From NCBI GenBank assembly GCA_965287045.1, contig OZ336899.1, positions 32,550,001 to 32,614,000 on the forward strand: a DNA stretch of 64,000 nucleotides, written 5' to 3'. How positions within the stretch are numbered: the first letter of the stretch is position 1; every line of letters begins with the position of its first letter. Both the position numbers and the translations under genes were made by a program. The DNA is from Carcharhinus amblyrhynchos (taxonomy: Eukaryota). The notes under the pieces are model-generated. The model searched no databases. It was not told where the DNA came from and saw only the letters and a list, made by a program, of their open reading frames with translations. Shown one piece after another: positions 24,451 to 37,699 of this stretch.

Positions 24451-26909
24451 GTATATATAATTCTTTGGCAATTTTCACTTGACCTGCAGGTCAATAATAC
24501 TTGTAGCATTTTTAAAGAATATATTTAGATACTGAATACAAACACCACTTACTGGTACACAAACCATTGAGTGCATTTTGTTGGTTCTATTTGTGTAATC
24601 AGTGTTTAATTTTGTACTTCTCCTGTGCATTGAAACCTACTTTTACTAGTTTTTGAAAGTGTTTTTTTTTCATGAGTTTATATCACAAATGTGTAATTTT
24701 GTGCAAGTCTTGGTAGACAGTAGTAATATGTAAATGTTGTCCTTCTGGATTCTAGCCAGTTTTCAATATCCTACTCTATGCACAAGCAGCCTCAAACTTG
24801 GTCTGTTTAAGACAACATGTCTTCAGATAAATGTGTTTTGGTCCAAGTACTTCATATCAAATTCTGTTGATGTTTATACTTAATCCTTAATGTCCCTTCT
24901 CATTTTGCTGAGGTTTATGTCTTGAACCAGTCATAGGTGTGGAAGTTGTAGCTGAAAGTCTTGGCTGGAGAGTGAAATTCAAATCTGTACAGTGTTCCTT
25001 TCACAAACCAAGCTGCATGTTATATAGATGAGTCTTGTTCTACAGCTGACCTTTGCTATTCTGAAAGATTTCTTTGTAGAAAGTTCTATGTTTTTTTTTA
25101 ACACAAGTATATTTAAGATTGCAGTACTTGCCATTCCTGTGCATAGTGTATTAAGTAAATGCAGTGATGCTGTACTGAGTGATTCAACTCATAGAGTTCC
25201 AAAATTTCAACTAGGAACTGCCATCAATTGATCTTAGTTGGGGCTACAATTAGCCTCAGTGCCTGAAGTCTAAAGCTATGGGAAAAGGCTGTTTAATCCA
25301 GAATGTTTCTCACTTTTGGGTTGGTTCAAGCTCAAAGAATTAGGAGGAAGAAAATTCAGCTAGGATTCAGTTACTGATCATGGAGTGTCCCATGAAGGAA
25401 CTTAAAGATTTGAGGTGCTGTATCCCTGGTCTTTGGAAATTCAAAACAAATCCAACTGAGTGGGGCTAACAGTGAAAAGAGACAACTGGAGTATATCATG
25501 AACAAATAAATGCGATTGGGGGGAAAGAGACGCGAACTATAGCAGCCAATATGTTATATATTGTGTCACATAGTATGAATTAAAATGCACGTTTATATTG
25601 TGATTTCATTCACACAGAATGAAGTCTGATTTCTGCTCCTTTTTCAATAAGGAGTATGACATTCCAGCAACGTGCTAGAGTGACTGAGGATAATAGGGCC
25701 GTTAGTCTCAAAAGAACAGACTGAACGGTAGTATATGTCTGCAACATTATTCGGTTAATTCAAAATATAACTATGTTTTGGTTTTGTTCACAGGCATCAA
25801 AAGTTCAAGTTGTTCCTTTTTTTTAAAATTAGCAATAACTCATTGTGAAAAGGTTTCCTAGTTCCAATAACATACTTAAACCTGTCACTTCACTTTTTCC
25901 AATTCTGCTTACCCATATCTCAGTTTTAGTTTAATTACAGTTGTCTGCTGGTAGACATGCTAAAGCTTTTTTTTAAATTTAGATTACAAACATTAGAACC
26001 TAAGTATAAAAACTGACAGATGAAAGGACTTGGAAGTTTTTGAGCAAGTTGATTGGTTTACCATTTTTCATTCAAACTTAAGTTTTCTTGACATCAAGAT
26101 TGATCGGTGTCTATGAGTCAGTTTTCTGACTTTTGGGCTTTTCCTACGACTTCGGTTCTGATATGTTTTGTTTTCATTAGTAGTGATGAAAAGTGTGTGA
26201 CCCAAGTTCCAAGTGCACATGATAGCACTTACACAAACTTACTTAGCTCTGTTTTCAAGGACATTGGCACTGTGCCATCATCCTCTGCAGCATTGCCTAT
26301 TTGCTTCTAGCCTTATAATGAATGGCAGGAATTGATTAAAGTTTGCAACTTCCAGTCTTCTGCACCAGTCAGTCAACCATAATTTCCACCGTAGTGTATC
26401 ACCATTTCATACTGTGGGCGTTCTTCCCATTGCTGCTGTGTCTCAGAAATATCCACCTCCCCCTAACAAACGATGGGACACCCCGTCCTTCCCTTCTGAG
26501 TTTATAAACACCAGAATATACCTTGTGCTACTTTCAGATCTCAAAATCAATTAGTGTTTCATCCCAGTCCTTCCGAAACACTCTCCTTTGCTTACGTCAG
26601 TCATCTGCTCCCACCATCACTTCCAAGTGTGTGCTGCCTCCCGGCCCAGTCCCTTAGTACAACTATCTTCAGTACCTCTGTTACAGAGAGCAAATCCACA
26701 AGACATCATCTCCACTACGGCACAATCAGGCTGCAGAACCCCATTTAAATGATAATTAATTCAATAAATAGTCCTTCCCAAACCTCATTTCCCTGCTGCC
26801 AGCCCACCCTGTGCTATATAAACTCATGAATTAAATGCCATGACTCATAAGATCCAAACAACCAATGTTCTGACACACCCAGCTACTTGGAACTGGCAAT
26901 ACCTTCCCA

Positions 26910-26975
26910 TTCGGGAATTTTCACAGTAACTTCATTGCAGTGCTAATGTAAGGCTACTTATGACACTAATAAATA
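26910..26975 (+). mobile_element. Isolated V-SINE tail type B fragment
   Basis: ttttcacagtaacttcattgcagtgctaatgtaaggctacttatgacactaataaata. Confidence 0.75.
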
Positions 26976-27918
26976 ATTTTTTTTTACTTGTTCTTCCTGA
27001 GCCTTTACAAAACTTCAATGTTTTAAGTTTTGGGGGTCTTCAAACAATGCAATAGGAAAGCTTGATGATTCAAAACCGAAATGTCCAAGATTTAGGTGAA
27101 TCCTGTAACATTAAGGATTGGGTTTATTAAGGATAACAAGCATTATGGATGTTCAGTAGTTCTTTGAGGCAGCTGAAGGATTTTCTGCAGGAAATATGGG
27201 GCCAGTATTCACTGAGCTGATCTTTCTTACAGCCTTTTGCAGTATCTCTTGGACAAGCAGATACTTTTCATGAACCTATAATTGTTCCTGAAATATTTAG
27301 TCCAGTTAGTCAGCTATAACTCCTGACATCCTGATATCGTTGAAAATGTAATGTGGTTTTGTCAGTTTAAAAGTTGTAGTGATCCTCTAACTTGTTTTTC
27401 TGAGTTATCCCCAATTTGTGAAACTGCTGATTTCATGAAATGGACAGTCAAATTTCCTACTACTTAACTTTCGTGAACTAAATTCCTGTTTAAAATAACA
27501 TACTACCATAAATTTAGTTCAAAATGGGATTGTGGCACAAAATACTCAGCGGTGTGCTTTTATACCTTCCAAAACTGATGTTAGCTGCTTCTATGTAGTT
27601 CAGTGTAGCACCTACTACTTTCTTTTGCTGATTAAAAATTGCAACATAATGGCCGAGTTATCTCTCTTGATGTGGATGTTGAATTTGATATTTGTGCACT
27701 TCACACTTTCAGAAATGAATGTTTAATTTGAAACCTGTTGAATCTACACTTCATTATTAAACAAAATTGATACTTTTCAACCTACAGCAAGAGCTTTTTA
27801 CCACCCTTTGTTACAAACTGGAAACACCATGAGTAATACTCGTTTACAAATGGCAGTGATACAGCATAGAGTCTTTTGTTTCTAACCACAGTTCCATATC
27901 TGTACTACTTCTATCTAG

Positions 27919-28057
27919 GTAGTAGAAATAGCCACCCTTACAGAGCACAGACTGACCGAGTGCGACAAGAAAGACAGTTTTGGGAAATGTCATCGCTGTG
28001 GTGAGGCAGTAGCAAAAGATGACCTGCCAGAACATGTCAAGATGAAGAGCTGCAATG
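27919..28057 (+). CDS. CEP104: CEP104 coding exon, zinc fingers 2-3, 139 nt
   Basis: Acceptor tacttctatctag, donor G|gtaagc. Phase-0 start gives VVEIATLTEHRLTECDKKDSFGKCHRCGEAVAKDDLPEHVKMKSCN, in frame with both neighbours. Confidence 0.95.
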
Positions 28058-28219
28058 GTAAGCTGTAACCTAATCGACTCTAGTTTTGTTCAGTCATGTT
28101 TGTTCCTCTGAAGGATTTATAAGGGTGCATTTGTTTTACTTTTAAAGTAAACTTCTGGCATTAGTCTAGTCTACATTATTTAAAATATTTCATGTTTAAA
28201 ACAGGCAGTTGCTTATAGG

Positions 28220-28700
28220 ATCATATAGGTCATAGCAGATAGCCATTTAGCTGATCAAGTCCATGCTGGCTGTCTGCAAAAAGAATTTGACAAGTTCCAT
28301 TCCATTGTCTTTTCCCTTTAGAACTGCCAATATTTTCCTGTTCACACAGATGCTTATCCAATTTCCTTTTCGAAGTGCAAATTGAATCTGCTTCCATCAG
28401 ATTGAAGCAGAGATCCAGATCCTAACCTCCCACTGTGTAAAACTTAAAAAAGAAGACTTTTACATGTTGCGTTTGGTTCATTCGCTAGTCACCTTAAATC
28501 TGTGTCTTCTGGTTCTTAACCCTGCAGATCTGCTTTTGTCTTTTTCACTGCCTTCCAAAAATTTAATGCCCACAATTTACATAGTACTTCATTAAGGCCA
28601 AACCAGTATTTTATAGAGGTGCATCATAACTTTATTTTTTGTACTCTGTCCTTATTTATAAAACCCAGATTCTACATGCCTTCCTCAACCTTTTTTTGGC
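28220..28700 (-). mobile_element. Old CR1 3' fragment
   Basis: CR1 tail (catataggtcatagcag...gccatttagc) and accttaaatctgtgtcttctggtt. Confidence 0.6.
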
Positions 28701-29669
28701 TACAGAGCAGTTACCGTTACTTATTTGCATTTAATGTCAATTTTAAAAGTTACCAATTATAGCATTCTAAATGCTGTAAGTTTCAGGCAGAAACAAAAGC
28801 GCTGGGTTTTTTGGTTGATCTAAATGTATTTTTTATTCCATCTGATACCTTTTGCTTTTCTCGTTGGGTATCATAAGCTGAGGTCAGTCTTTGTTAATTT
28901 ATATACGTTGTGCAAATTATGGCTGACATTAACAGAATAATAAATCAACCTGGAATGAACAGTTATTTCAAATAATATAGGCCAGATCTTCTGATGCCAA
29001 TAGCAGTGAATGTTGAAAATTTTGTGCTGTTGTGTATTGAGACCAATCAGAAGTTCTAAGCCACACGTGAGGGAATTGCCTGGCAAATTTAAACTTCCAG
29101 TGGGCTGGTTTGCACTGCCCAGGGTACTACAAGAACATCGATGAGACCGACGGCAGCATAGGAGGCCTGGGTTACATTTGTGATACTTAATCAGATATTT
29201 ATATTAATATTGTCCCAATGTCAATTTCTGATAGAGGTCAATGACAGTGGAGCCCAATCCAACAATTCCCCACCCCCAACAGCGAAACTGTCCCAACTAG
29301 CCTTCAAAACCCGACTCCCCCAATCACATCCTCTTGCCCCACCGACCACCCTCTCAGTCATTCACTTGATCGTCTTAGTCATCTTTCACATGGTCAATTA
29401 GGAGCAGAATCTCTCACCACAGTTTTAATGCAAAGTTCCCTCATCAGTTCAGAGACCTACTCAAGAGCAAATGTAACTCAAATATCTCACCCTTGAACTT
29501 CTGATGTTTTCCACGATTTGGTCAGGATTGGTTGCAGCCAGGCAAGGATTTGAGATGTGACTTATAATTATCAGCATATGAATTGGGGGACAGAATGTGC
29601 TGTTCGGCCCCTGGAGCCTATCTTGCCATTTAATAAGATGCAGGCTGATCTGACTGTAGCTTCAACTCT

Positions 29670-30600
29670 ACTCATCAGGTGGCCACATCAAGAGTGTCAA
29701 GTTGGTATTCTAATGAAGGTTGTCCACCTTCAATAGAATACTGGTTATTGAGATTTTGGTTTGGAGACAATGTGTGGTTATTTGAGAGGATGTTTTCTGC
29801 CCAAGCTTTCTTCCAGCCTTCATAGGGAATTGGAGATGTTTGATTTGTGTCCAGAAGGGCTTTAGGAGATCCATGTGGTGGATGGGGACACCCAAGTTTG
29901 CTGCTAATACTACAACAACACAGATAAACAGCTTATATCATATTGAATAGAGGAAAGGGTGATTTTTGGAGGACTGGTAATCACTGAATTGGAGTTGATC
30001 TCATAGTTGATTCTCCTCATTAATGAGTGAATTTGTGTCCCAGTACAGTGTGACAACGTGAGGCCCATATAGTTGCATAGTACTTAGACGTGAAGACTAG
30101 AGCTACAGCAGTACGGACGACAAGGTTTACGTGCCCCAATTTATGCCGGTGAACTTAGGGATGTGTTCACTCATGTTTTGGTCTTTGCCGCAGGCTTACG
30201 GAGCTTTTGATGGTAAGTTAGAGAGTGGTCAAGGGGGCACTCCCAACATTGGGTGAGAATTGGGTCATGCCGCACCTTTTCTCCGGAGGAGGTGATATGT
30301 AGGGTGTTGTGTCTGGATGTTTTCAAGATGGAATGCAGAGATGATGGACTTGGCTGGGTTTGGTTGCGGTTTCCACCTGCAGACATATTCATTTATTTTG
30401 GACAGATCAGAATTTAGTGTGGCATCCACGTGCTGGAAAGATTGTGCCCAAATTATCAGGGCAATAACATCAGTATAAATAAATTTTTATGATGATGTGG
30501 TGATCGTTGACACTTGTCAGTGTCAGAACACTGCCTGTGGGAGATTATTGGTGAGTGTTCTTGGAGTGCTGAAGTTGTTTCGTAGATAAACCTTCATTTT
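29670..30600 (-). mobile_element. Possible heavily decayed Gypsy LTR retrotransposon internal region
   Basis: Only faint pol-like traces on the - strand (e.g. xMCNYM-like at ~30065-30085, DPIL); no clear LTR. Confidence 0.3.
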
Positions 30601-32071
30601 TCTGCTGCACAGAAATGCAGCTAAAGTAGTTTTAAAAATAGAATTGGCCAACCATGCACTTACGCACACTCACACATGAACTCGACTTGTCCCAGCTAAA
30701 GTCACCACTGTAAGAATAACAATACCACCAGATTACACATTTGCACACAGAGCAACTGGAGCACCTCTAACCATCTTACTGCTGCTTTTCTACTAAATGT
30801 ACACAAAAACTAAGATGATGAAATTTACAGGTCTACCACTTATTTGACATGTCTAAAAAATGCATTTTCTGTTTGATTTCTGTACTTGCAGATGCATAGA
30901 TAATTTGGAAACTTCATTTGTATGGCAGTTAGGATATAGAATCATATGTGTGAATAGTTTGTCTACTTGGTGATTTGCTTCCTGGACAATGACCAAAAAC
31001 TGTGCTTTGATTTGTTATTGCCATAGAAACCAAACAGATTTATTGCTGTAGAAACCATGGACGGCCTTTTGAGCTGGCGGGGGGAAGCTATGGATAGTAG
31101 ACAATTAACATATTGTGCATAGGCTCGTCAGTGGTCTATTCAATTTAATCTGTATTGTAGCTTTTGGAGTTGGCCTGATTTCATCTTAAAATGTATTAGT
31201 TACTGAAAAATCATCCCAGCTGGCTTAAACCCTGCTGGAATTTCTGAGAATTTGCATTAGTTTTAAATCGATGGGTTCTCAACAATTCACACTATTTTGC
31301 TATCAGTTGGAAAGCCCATATGTCAAAACTACATCGATCTACTTTTGCTTTATAAAAGCTATTATTTTTGCGCCAAATTTGCTCAGTAGTAGAGATAATC
31401 AATTTACCCCATTAACATTACTTGCAGCTGTTTTTAATGGAGAGCCATAGCTGTTACTTTACATTCAGGTAGTTAAGCTAGAGAATTGCACCAGAAGGAG
31501 GGGAATGAATGGCTTCTTTCCTGGTTGTGATTTTCCCTGACCTGTTCTAGGTGGCTGAAGTCATAGAGAGGTTTTAATTTTTCATTTTGTTCATGAGGTG
31601 TCACATCTGCCATCATTTGTGCCTATGCTTTTTGTGATTACCTAATAACTTCACAGAGAATTGGATGTTTCATGAGATGTGTGACTTAAAAGTTTCAAGC
31701 TTCATTCAGGTTGATGTGGTTGGAGTGACATGGTTGAAAATTAAACATTTGGGTTGAAATGGGTAGTGCGTGATTCCAAGCTGATTCTAGGACGTTGTTG
31801 AGGTCCTGGTAAATGTCAAGAAATTTGGTTTCCAAGGTTTATTGGACTAATGGAGAGTTGCAGCATTGTGGCAAATAGACAGAAGTGATAGCAAGGGTAA
31901 CCCAGGTGGTAACATTGATTTGAGGTTTCTAATAACACACCAAATTTCTTTGTTCACTTGGGCATCAACAAACAATGAGTAACATCACAAAATAGTTCAA
32001 AAAAAATAACTGACCCATTCTGCAGTTCCAAACATTGAAGTATCATATAAAAATATCTGCAATGATAATGA

Positions 32072-32740
32072 AAGAACATAAGAACATAAGAAATAGGAGC
32101 AGAAGTAGGCCATCTGGCCCTTCGAGCCTGCCCCGCCATTCAATAAGATCATGGCTGATCTGTCGTGGCTCAGTTCCACTTTCCCGCCCTCTCCCCATAA
32201 CCCTTAATCCCTTCTCTTATCAAAAACCCATCAACCCGCTTCTTAAAAATATTTAGCGAGGCAGCCTCCACCACTTCAACGGGCAGAGAATTCCAGAGAT
32301 TCACCACCCTTTGAGTGAAGAAGTTCCTCCTCAACTCCGTTCTGAACCGCCCCCCCTTTATCTTGAGGCTGTGCCCCCTAGTCCTACTGTCTTTTTTGAG
32401 CGGGAAGAGTCTTTCCACCTCTATCCTATCCATCCCATTCATCATCTTATACGTCTCAATGAGATCTCCCCTCATTCTTCTAAACTCTAACGAGTACAAG
32501 CCTAGTTTATTCAGCCTCTCCTCATAGCTCAACCCCCTCAACTCCGGTATCAGCCTAGTAAACCTCCTCTGCACTCCCTCCAAGGCCAAAATATCCTTGC
32601 GCAGGTGCGGCGCCCAAAACTGCACACAGTACTCCAGCTGCGGCCTCACCAATGCCCTATACAGCTGCAGCAAGACCTCCCTACTTTTATATTCAATCCC
32701 CCTCGCTATGAAGGCCAGCATCCCATTCGCCTTCCTGACC
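32072..32740 (-). mobile_element. Young 5'-truncated CR1 LINE, uninterrupted ORF2 C-terminus
   Basis: 190-aa open ORF VRKANGMLAFIARGIEYK...LEYCVQFWAPHLRKD...RNFFTQRVVNLWNSLP; (CATAAGAA)n tail. Confidence 0.95.
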
Positions 32741-33099
32741 AAAAATGCTCACAGAAGGAAGAAGCTGTGGCATTACATGAGTGGCATTCTGCCAATGATC
32801 TATCCATAAAGGATCTTACTGTGCCAATGCAAGCAGCACCTTCATACTGGTACACTGCATTCAGCTACAGAGCACACAGCGGCTATAGCAGATATCTAAA
32901 GAGCTCAAACTTCCCAGCATGGTTTGCAGTTTCAGGGCCGATTTGATTCTGGTTTTTGTCTTCAGGTATTCATGGGTAGACGCTGGCATAGTGGTAATGT
33001 CATTCGACTGGTAATCCAGAAGCTTGAGCTAATATCCTGCAACATGGGTTCAAATCCCAATGTGGAAGCTGTGAATTCAAATTAAGAAATTAAAATTAG

Positions 33100-33314
33100 T
33101 TAATTTATTTATTACTCACAAGTAGGCTCACATTAACACAGTAGTAATGTTACTGTGAAAATCTCCTAGTTGCCACACTCCGGCACCTGTTCGGATACAC
33201 TGAAGAAGAATTCAGCATGGCCAGTGCACCTAACCAGTGACCCAAGGTAGGAATCGGTCCCAGGTCCTGGCACTATGAGGCAACAGTGCTAACCACTGTG
33301 CCACCGTACTGCCC
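33100..33314 (-). mobile_element. Internally deleted V-SINE, tail type B
   Basis: Tail B joined directly to the tRNA head (gcacctaaccag|tgacccaag) with the V-domain missing. Confidence 0.8.
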
Positions 33315-33546
33315 ACTAAATTGATTAATGAAACATCTGGAATATATAGCTACTCTCAGTAATGAGCATAATTTATCATCAACAATTTATTATAAAAACC
33401 CATTTAGTTCACTAATAATGGATAATGATAATATGGAAATCTGTCCTTATCTGGTTTGGCCTACACGTGACTCCACACTCTCAGCAACGTGACTGACTTT
33501 TAACTACCCTCTGAAATAGTCGAGCAAACCATTCAGTTCAAGGGCA

Positions 33547-33979
33547 AAACTAGGCTTGTACTCGTTAGAGTTTAGAAGAATGAGGGGAGATCTCATTGAG
33601 ACATATAAGATGATGAATGGGATAGATAGGATAGAGGTGGAGAGGCTCTTCCCGCTCAGAAAGGACAGGACTAGAGGGCACAGCCTCAAGATAAAGGGGG
33701 GGGCGGTTTAGAACGGAGTTGAGGAGGAACTTCTTCACTCAAAGGGTGGCGAATCTCTGGAATTCTCTGCCCGTTGAAGTGGTGGAGGCTGCCTCGCTAA
33801 ATATATTTAAGACGCGGGTTGATAGGTTTTTGATAGGCAAGGTGATTAAGGGTTATGGGGAGAGGGCGGGAAGGTGGAACTGAGACACGACAGATCAGCC
33901 ATGATCTTATTGAATGGCGGGGCAGGCTCGAAGGGCTAGATGGCCTACTCCTGCTCCTATTTCTTATGTTCTTATGTTC
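33547..33979 (+). mobile_element. Young CR1 3' fragment
   Basis: Highly similar to the reverse complement of 32072-32510; ends in (ttcttatg)n. Confidence 0.93.
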
Positions 33980-35390
33980 GATTGGTGATGGGCAACAAAT
34001 GCTGGCCTTGCCAGTGACACCTACATCCCACAAAATATATATTTTTATATAGAGTGCTAGAGTGTGGTCGAATTTGATTCTGAGATGGGTCAGTGTGAGG
34101 TCATGTTACACGTTATTTCCGTGCAAGGTGGCTTCTAGATGTACTTAGCATTCCTGCTGGCAAGGTGGAATGCACTGACTGTTGTTTGGCAAGGATTCAG
34201 CTTGAGCTGAGTTTCAGTAAATATTCCTGCGTGATGTTAATGTCCCCCTTCAAGGTGTATTCAGTGTCATTGAAAGGTGCTGTTTGTGCTTTCGGAGCAA
34301 GATCATCCACATATAGAATGTTTTTGATCATATGTTGCTTGTGCAATATCACAGTAATTTCCTTCTGTGAACATTTCTTTCATTATCTTTCCATAACATC
34401 CTGTATTTCTGGTAGTTCAATGTTTGGAACTGCACAGTAGATCAGTCTAAATTTTGGAGCCATCCTTTGGTGTTTCTCTCTCTGTTTGCTGAGGCAAATT
34501 TAGTTTGTTGGACAAGTGCCACATTTTAATCCTGTGACTATTTGACCATCCCAAAGAAACATACATACATGGGACTATGAGCTAACTATTAATAAAAGAC
34601 AGCAAATTATAGCTTTCCTATCATTGTGATTAGGCATTTCAGAAGGAGTTTGATAATACAGCATGATACTATGGATCCTAGAACTTCCAACCTAACAGTA
34701 CTGTTGGATAACCTTTCCAGCACACAGATTGTAGAGACTGGAGAAGAATCTCAGGACTGCCTTATCAAGGGCAACTGAGGTAAGCAATAAATTCTGACCG
34801 TACTAACGACACTTGTACCTTCAAAATGAATTTTTAGAAACACTGGAACGTAACTCTATATTCTCTCGACATTTTCCAGTCTAACCGTTCTGAGTGATGA
34901 AATTTTTCTTGAATTCCCCATTGGATTTATATGTGGTTATCTTATACTTACGACACTCTTGACCTTAGTCAAAGTCCTAACATCCACCATGCTCTTGGGA
35001 ATTGAGTCTGACAGATTTGTGACCCTTTGAGAGAATTTCCCCTTATCTCTCTTTTAAATCTGCCACCCTTTATCCTAAAGCTATGACCTCTTGTTCTAGA
35101 ATACCCTACGAGAGGAAATATCCTATCCATTTCTACTTTGTCAATCCATCTGATCATCTTGTACACCTCGATCAGATTTTCTGCCATTCTTCTAAACTAC
35201 AGGGAATATAGGCCTAAAATGCCCAATCCGTCTTCGTAAGATAAACCTCTCATCTCTGGAATCAATCTAGTGAACCTCCTCTGAACTGTCTCCAATGCAT
35301 CCACAAGGGAACCAAAACTGTGTGCAATATTCCAAGTGCAGTCTCACTAACGCTTTGTACAGTGGCAGCAACACTTCACTACTTGTACAG

Positions 35391-35578
35391 TAGTCCAACA
35401 GGTATATTTGGCATCACGAGCTTTCAGAGCACTGCTCCTTCATCAGGTGAGTCACTCGCCTGATAAAGGATCAGCGCTCTGAAATCTCATGATTCAAAAT
35501 AAACCCATTGGACTTTAACCTGGTGCTGTGAGACTTCTTACTGTGCCCACCCTAGTCCAACACCGGTACCTCCACATC
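35391..35578. mobile_element. Second palindromic PLE insertion, related to 20959-21307
   Basis: Imperfect ~60-bp arms centred on 35453 (caggtgagt c actcgcctg). The unpaired end cctggtgctgtgagactt...gtccaacaccggtacctccacat is homologous to the reverse complement of 20959-21018. Confidence 0.8.
35414..35451 (-). ncRNA. Minimal type I hammerhead ribozyme (PLE-type)
   Basis: Reverse complement: CTCAC-CTGATGA-A-GGAGC(AGT)GCTCT-GAAA-GC-TC-GTGA, with intact cores and a CUC triplet. The + strand mirror copy is mutated (CTGATAA, GAAATC). Confidence 0.7.
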
Positions 35579-36529
35579 ATCACGACTTCTTTATTCTGTG
35601 TAGCAATAAATGCTCGTATTAGGGTACCTGCTGTATCCTCATACTTTCTACGATTCAAGAATGAGGACCCAATCCCTCCGCACTTAAAGTACTCTGAAGT
35701 TTCTCTCCATTTAGATAATTTGTCTTGTATTTTTCCCATCAAAACTTACCCAAGTTAAACTTCATCTGTCAAATTTGGCCCATTCACTTCACCTATCCAC
35801 ATCCATTTGTGATAATGAAATAAGCAATTTAAAACTTACAGACATTTTAATAGCGTCTGCAAACTTGGCTGTGGTACTTATTATCCCTGCATCCAAATCA
35901 TTAATATGGAATGTAAATAGTTGGGGCCAAAAAGCCAAACCCTGTCCACCCCACTAGTTTCATCTTGTCAACGAAAAAAAGACCCGCTTTATCCCAAGTC
36001 TCTTGCCACCATCTTCCCAAAGGCAATTAGGGATAGTTAACAAATGCTGGCCTATCCAGTCATGCCCACATCTTGTGAAAGAAGAAACTAATTCAATGAA
36101 GTTAGTCATATATGACTTGCATAGCAGTTCATTCTAGCAGTTCTTTTATTAACCATATTTTTTCCAAGGGACAGTTAATTTTGTCGTGTACTATTTCCTC
36201 CAAAAGATTCCACATCACTGATCGTAGGCAGATTACATTTAGTTACCAAGTTTATTGTTCTTGTTTTACACTTCAGTCTTCTGGCAGTTCCTCCAAGGTT
36301 AGACAAATGTGGCCAGAGTCTCTGTTTTAACCCATAAATACCTTGGCAACTGAAGATGCATCCCATTCAGACCAGGTGACTTCTGCACAATTGAGAACTC
36401 TCAATCTTATAAAGTACCTCATTTTTATTTGCATTCTTTCCGATTTCTCTCTTATCTCTCTCTTTACTACGACATTGGTAGCATCATTTTTTGTGAGTAG
36501 AGATGCAACGTACTGATTTACTTTTTCTA

Positions 36530-37290
36530 ATTTATTTATGGGATGGTGACATCACTGGCTAGGCAACATTTGTAGCCATCCCTAAATGCTTGGTGGTAGT
36601 GAGCTGCCTGCTTGAATCATTGCAGTCCGTGTGTAGGTATTCACATACTGCTGTTCAGGAGCGAATGAATAGTTGTGGATCAAATGCCAATCAAGAAGTT
36701 GCTTTGTCCTGGATGGTGGTGAGCTTCTTGTTGTTGGAGTTTCATTCATCCAGGCAAGTTGAGAGTATTCCTTTGCACTCCTGACTTGTGCCCTGCGGAT
36801 GCTGGGCAGGTTTTGGCGAGTCAGTAGATTAGTTACTCGCTGCAAGATTATATGGTTAATCCTGTTCAGTTTCTGGTCCGTGGAAATCCCAGGTGGTTGA
36901 TATTGGGAAATTCAGTGATGACGTCATTGAATATCAATGGTTCAATCTTCTCTTGTTGGAGTTGATAATTTCATAACATTTGTGTGACGCAAATGTTGTT
37001 TGCCAGATGTCAGCACAAGCCTGGATATTGTCCGAGCCTTGCTGCATTTGGTCATTGACTGCTTCAGTATCTGAGGAGCTGTGAGTGGCACTGAACACTG
37101 TGCAATCATGAGCAAACATCTCCCCCCCCGACCTTATGATGAAGGAAGGTCATTGATGAATCAGCTGAAGATGGTTGGACTGAGGACACTACCATGAGGA
37201 GCTCCTGCAGTGATGTCCTCGGATTGAGATGATTGACCTCTGACCATTACAACATCTTCCTTTGTGCTAGGTATGGCTCCTGACCAGTGG
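36530..37290 (-). mobile_element. 3' fragment of the CR1-group LINE with AAGGGCAA tail (same family as 11030-13850)
   Basis: Minus ORFs FAHDCTVFS...IQACADIWQTTF and RAQVRSAKEYSQLAWM. Confidence 0.75.
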
Positions 37291-37699
37291 AGAGTCCTCA
37301 CCCCAATAAAAACCTCAGCCATACCTTCTGCTTCCAGGAGAAGATCTTGTTTTTGGTCTCTAGATTGCCCAACCTTTCACTAGGTGGCCCTTTTGTTATT
37401 TGTGTGTTTATTTGAGTTCTCTATTTTATTAGCTGCTGATTTTAATTTTAAAACCAGGAGTTGAAATGCCCCCTTTGTTGCAGTCAAAGGAAGAAAGCAT
37501 GTTCTTTTTTGTTTAAGGATATACTTGCCAATTCAGTGAATATTTAAATATTTATGGACTGTGATCATAAAATAACCTGTAGGGTAGGTTGTCTTGAGTT
37601 TAACAAAGAAGGGTTTGCTTTATTTATATTTAAACCAATCTAATTAAAATAACAACATATACACCAGTGTGCAAATGAATGCAATCAAAGTTCACACAG

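Larger units (their letters stand above)
32984..34032 (+). mobile_element. tRNA-headed SINE with AAGGGCAA..GATGGGCAACAAATGCTGGCC tail, interrupted by two younger insertions
   Basis: Head tggcatagtggtaatgtcattcgactggtaatccaga...ggttcaaatccc. The body resumes at ~33315, and the tail is split at ttcaagggcaa | gattggtgatgggcaacaaatgctggcc. Confidence 0.8.
34960..36000 (-). mobile_element. CR1 LINE fragment interrupted by a palindromic PLE insert
   Basis: Minus ORF LIEVYKMIRWIDKVEMDRIFPLVGYSRTRGHSFRIKGG; RT-like sequence resumes after ~35580. Confidence 0.8.
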
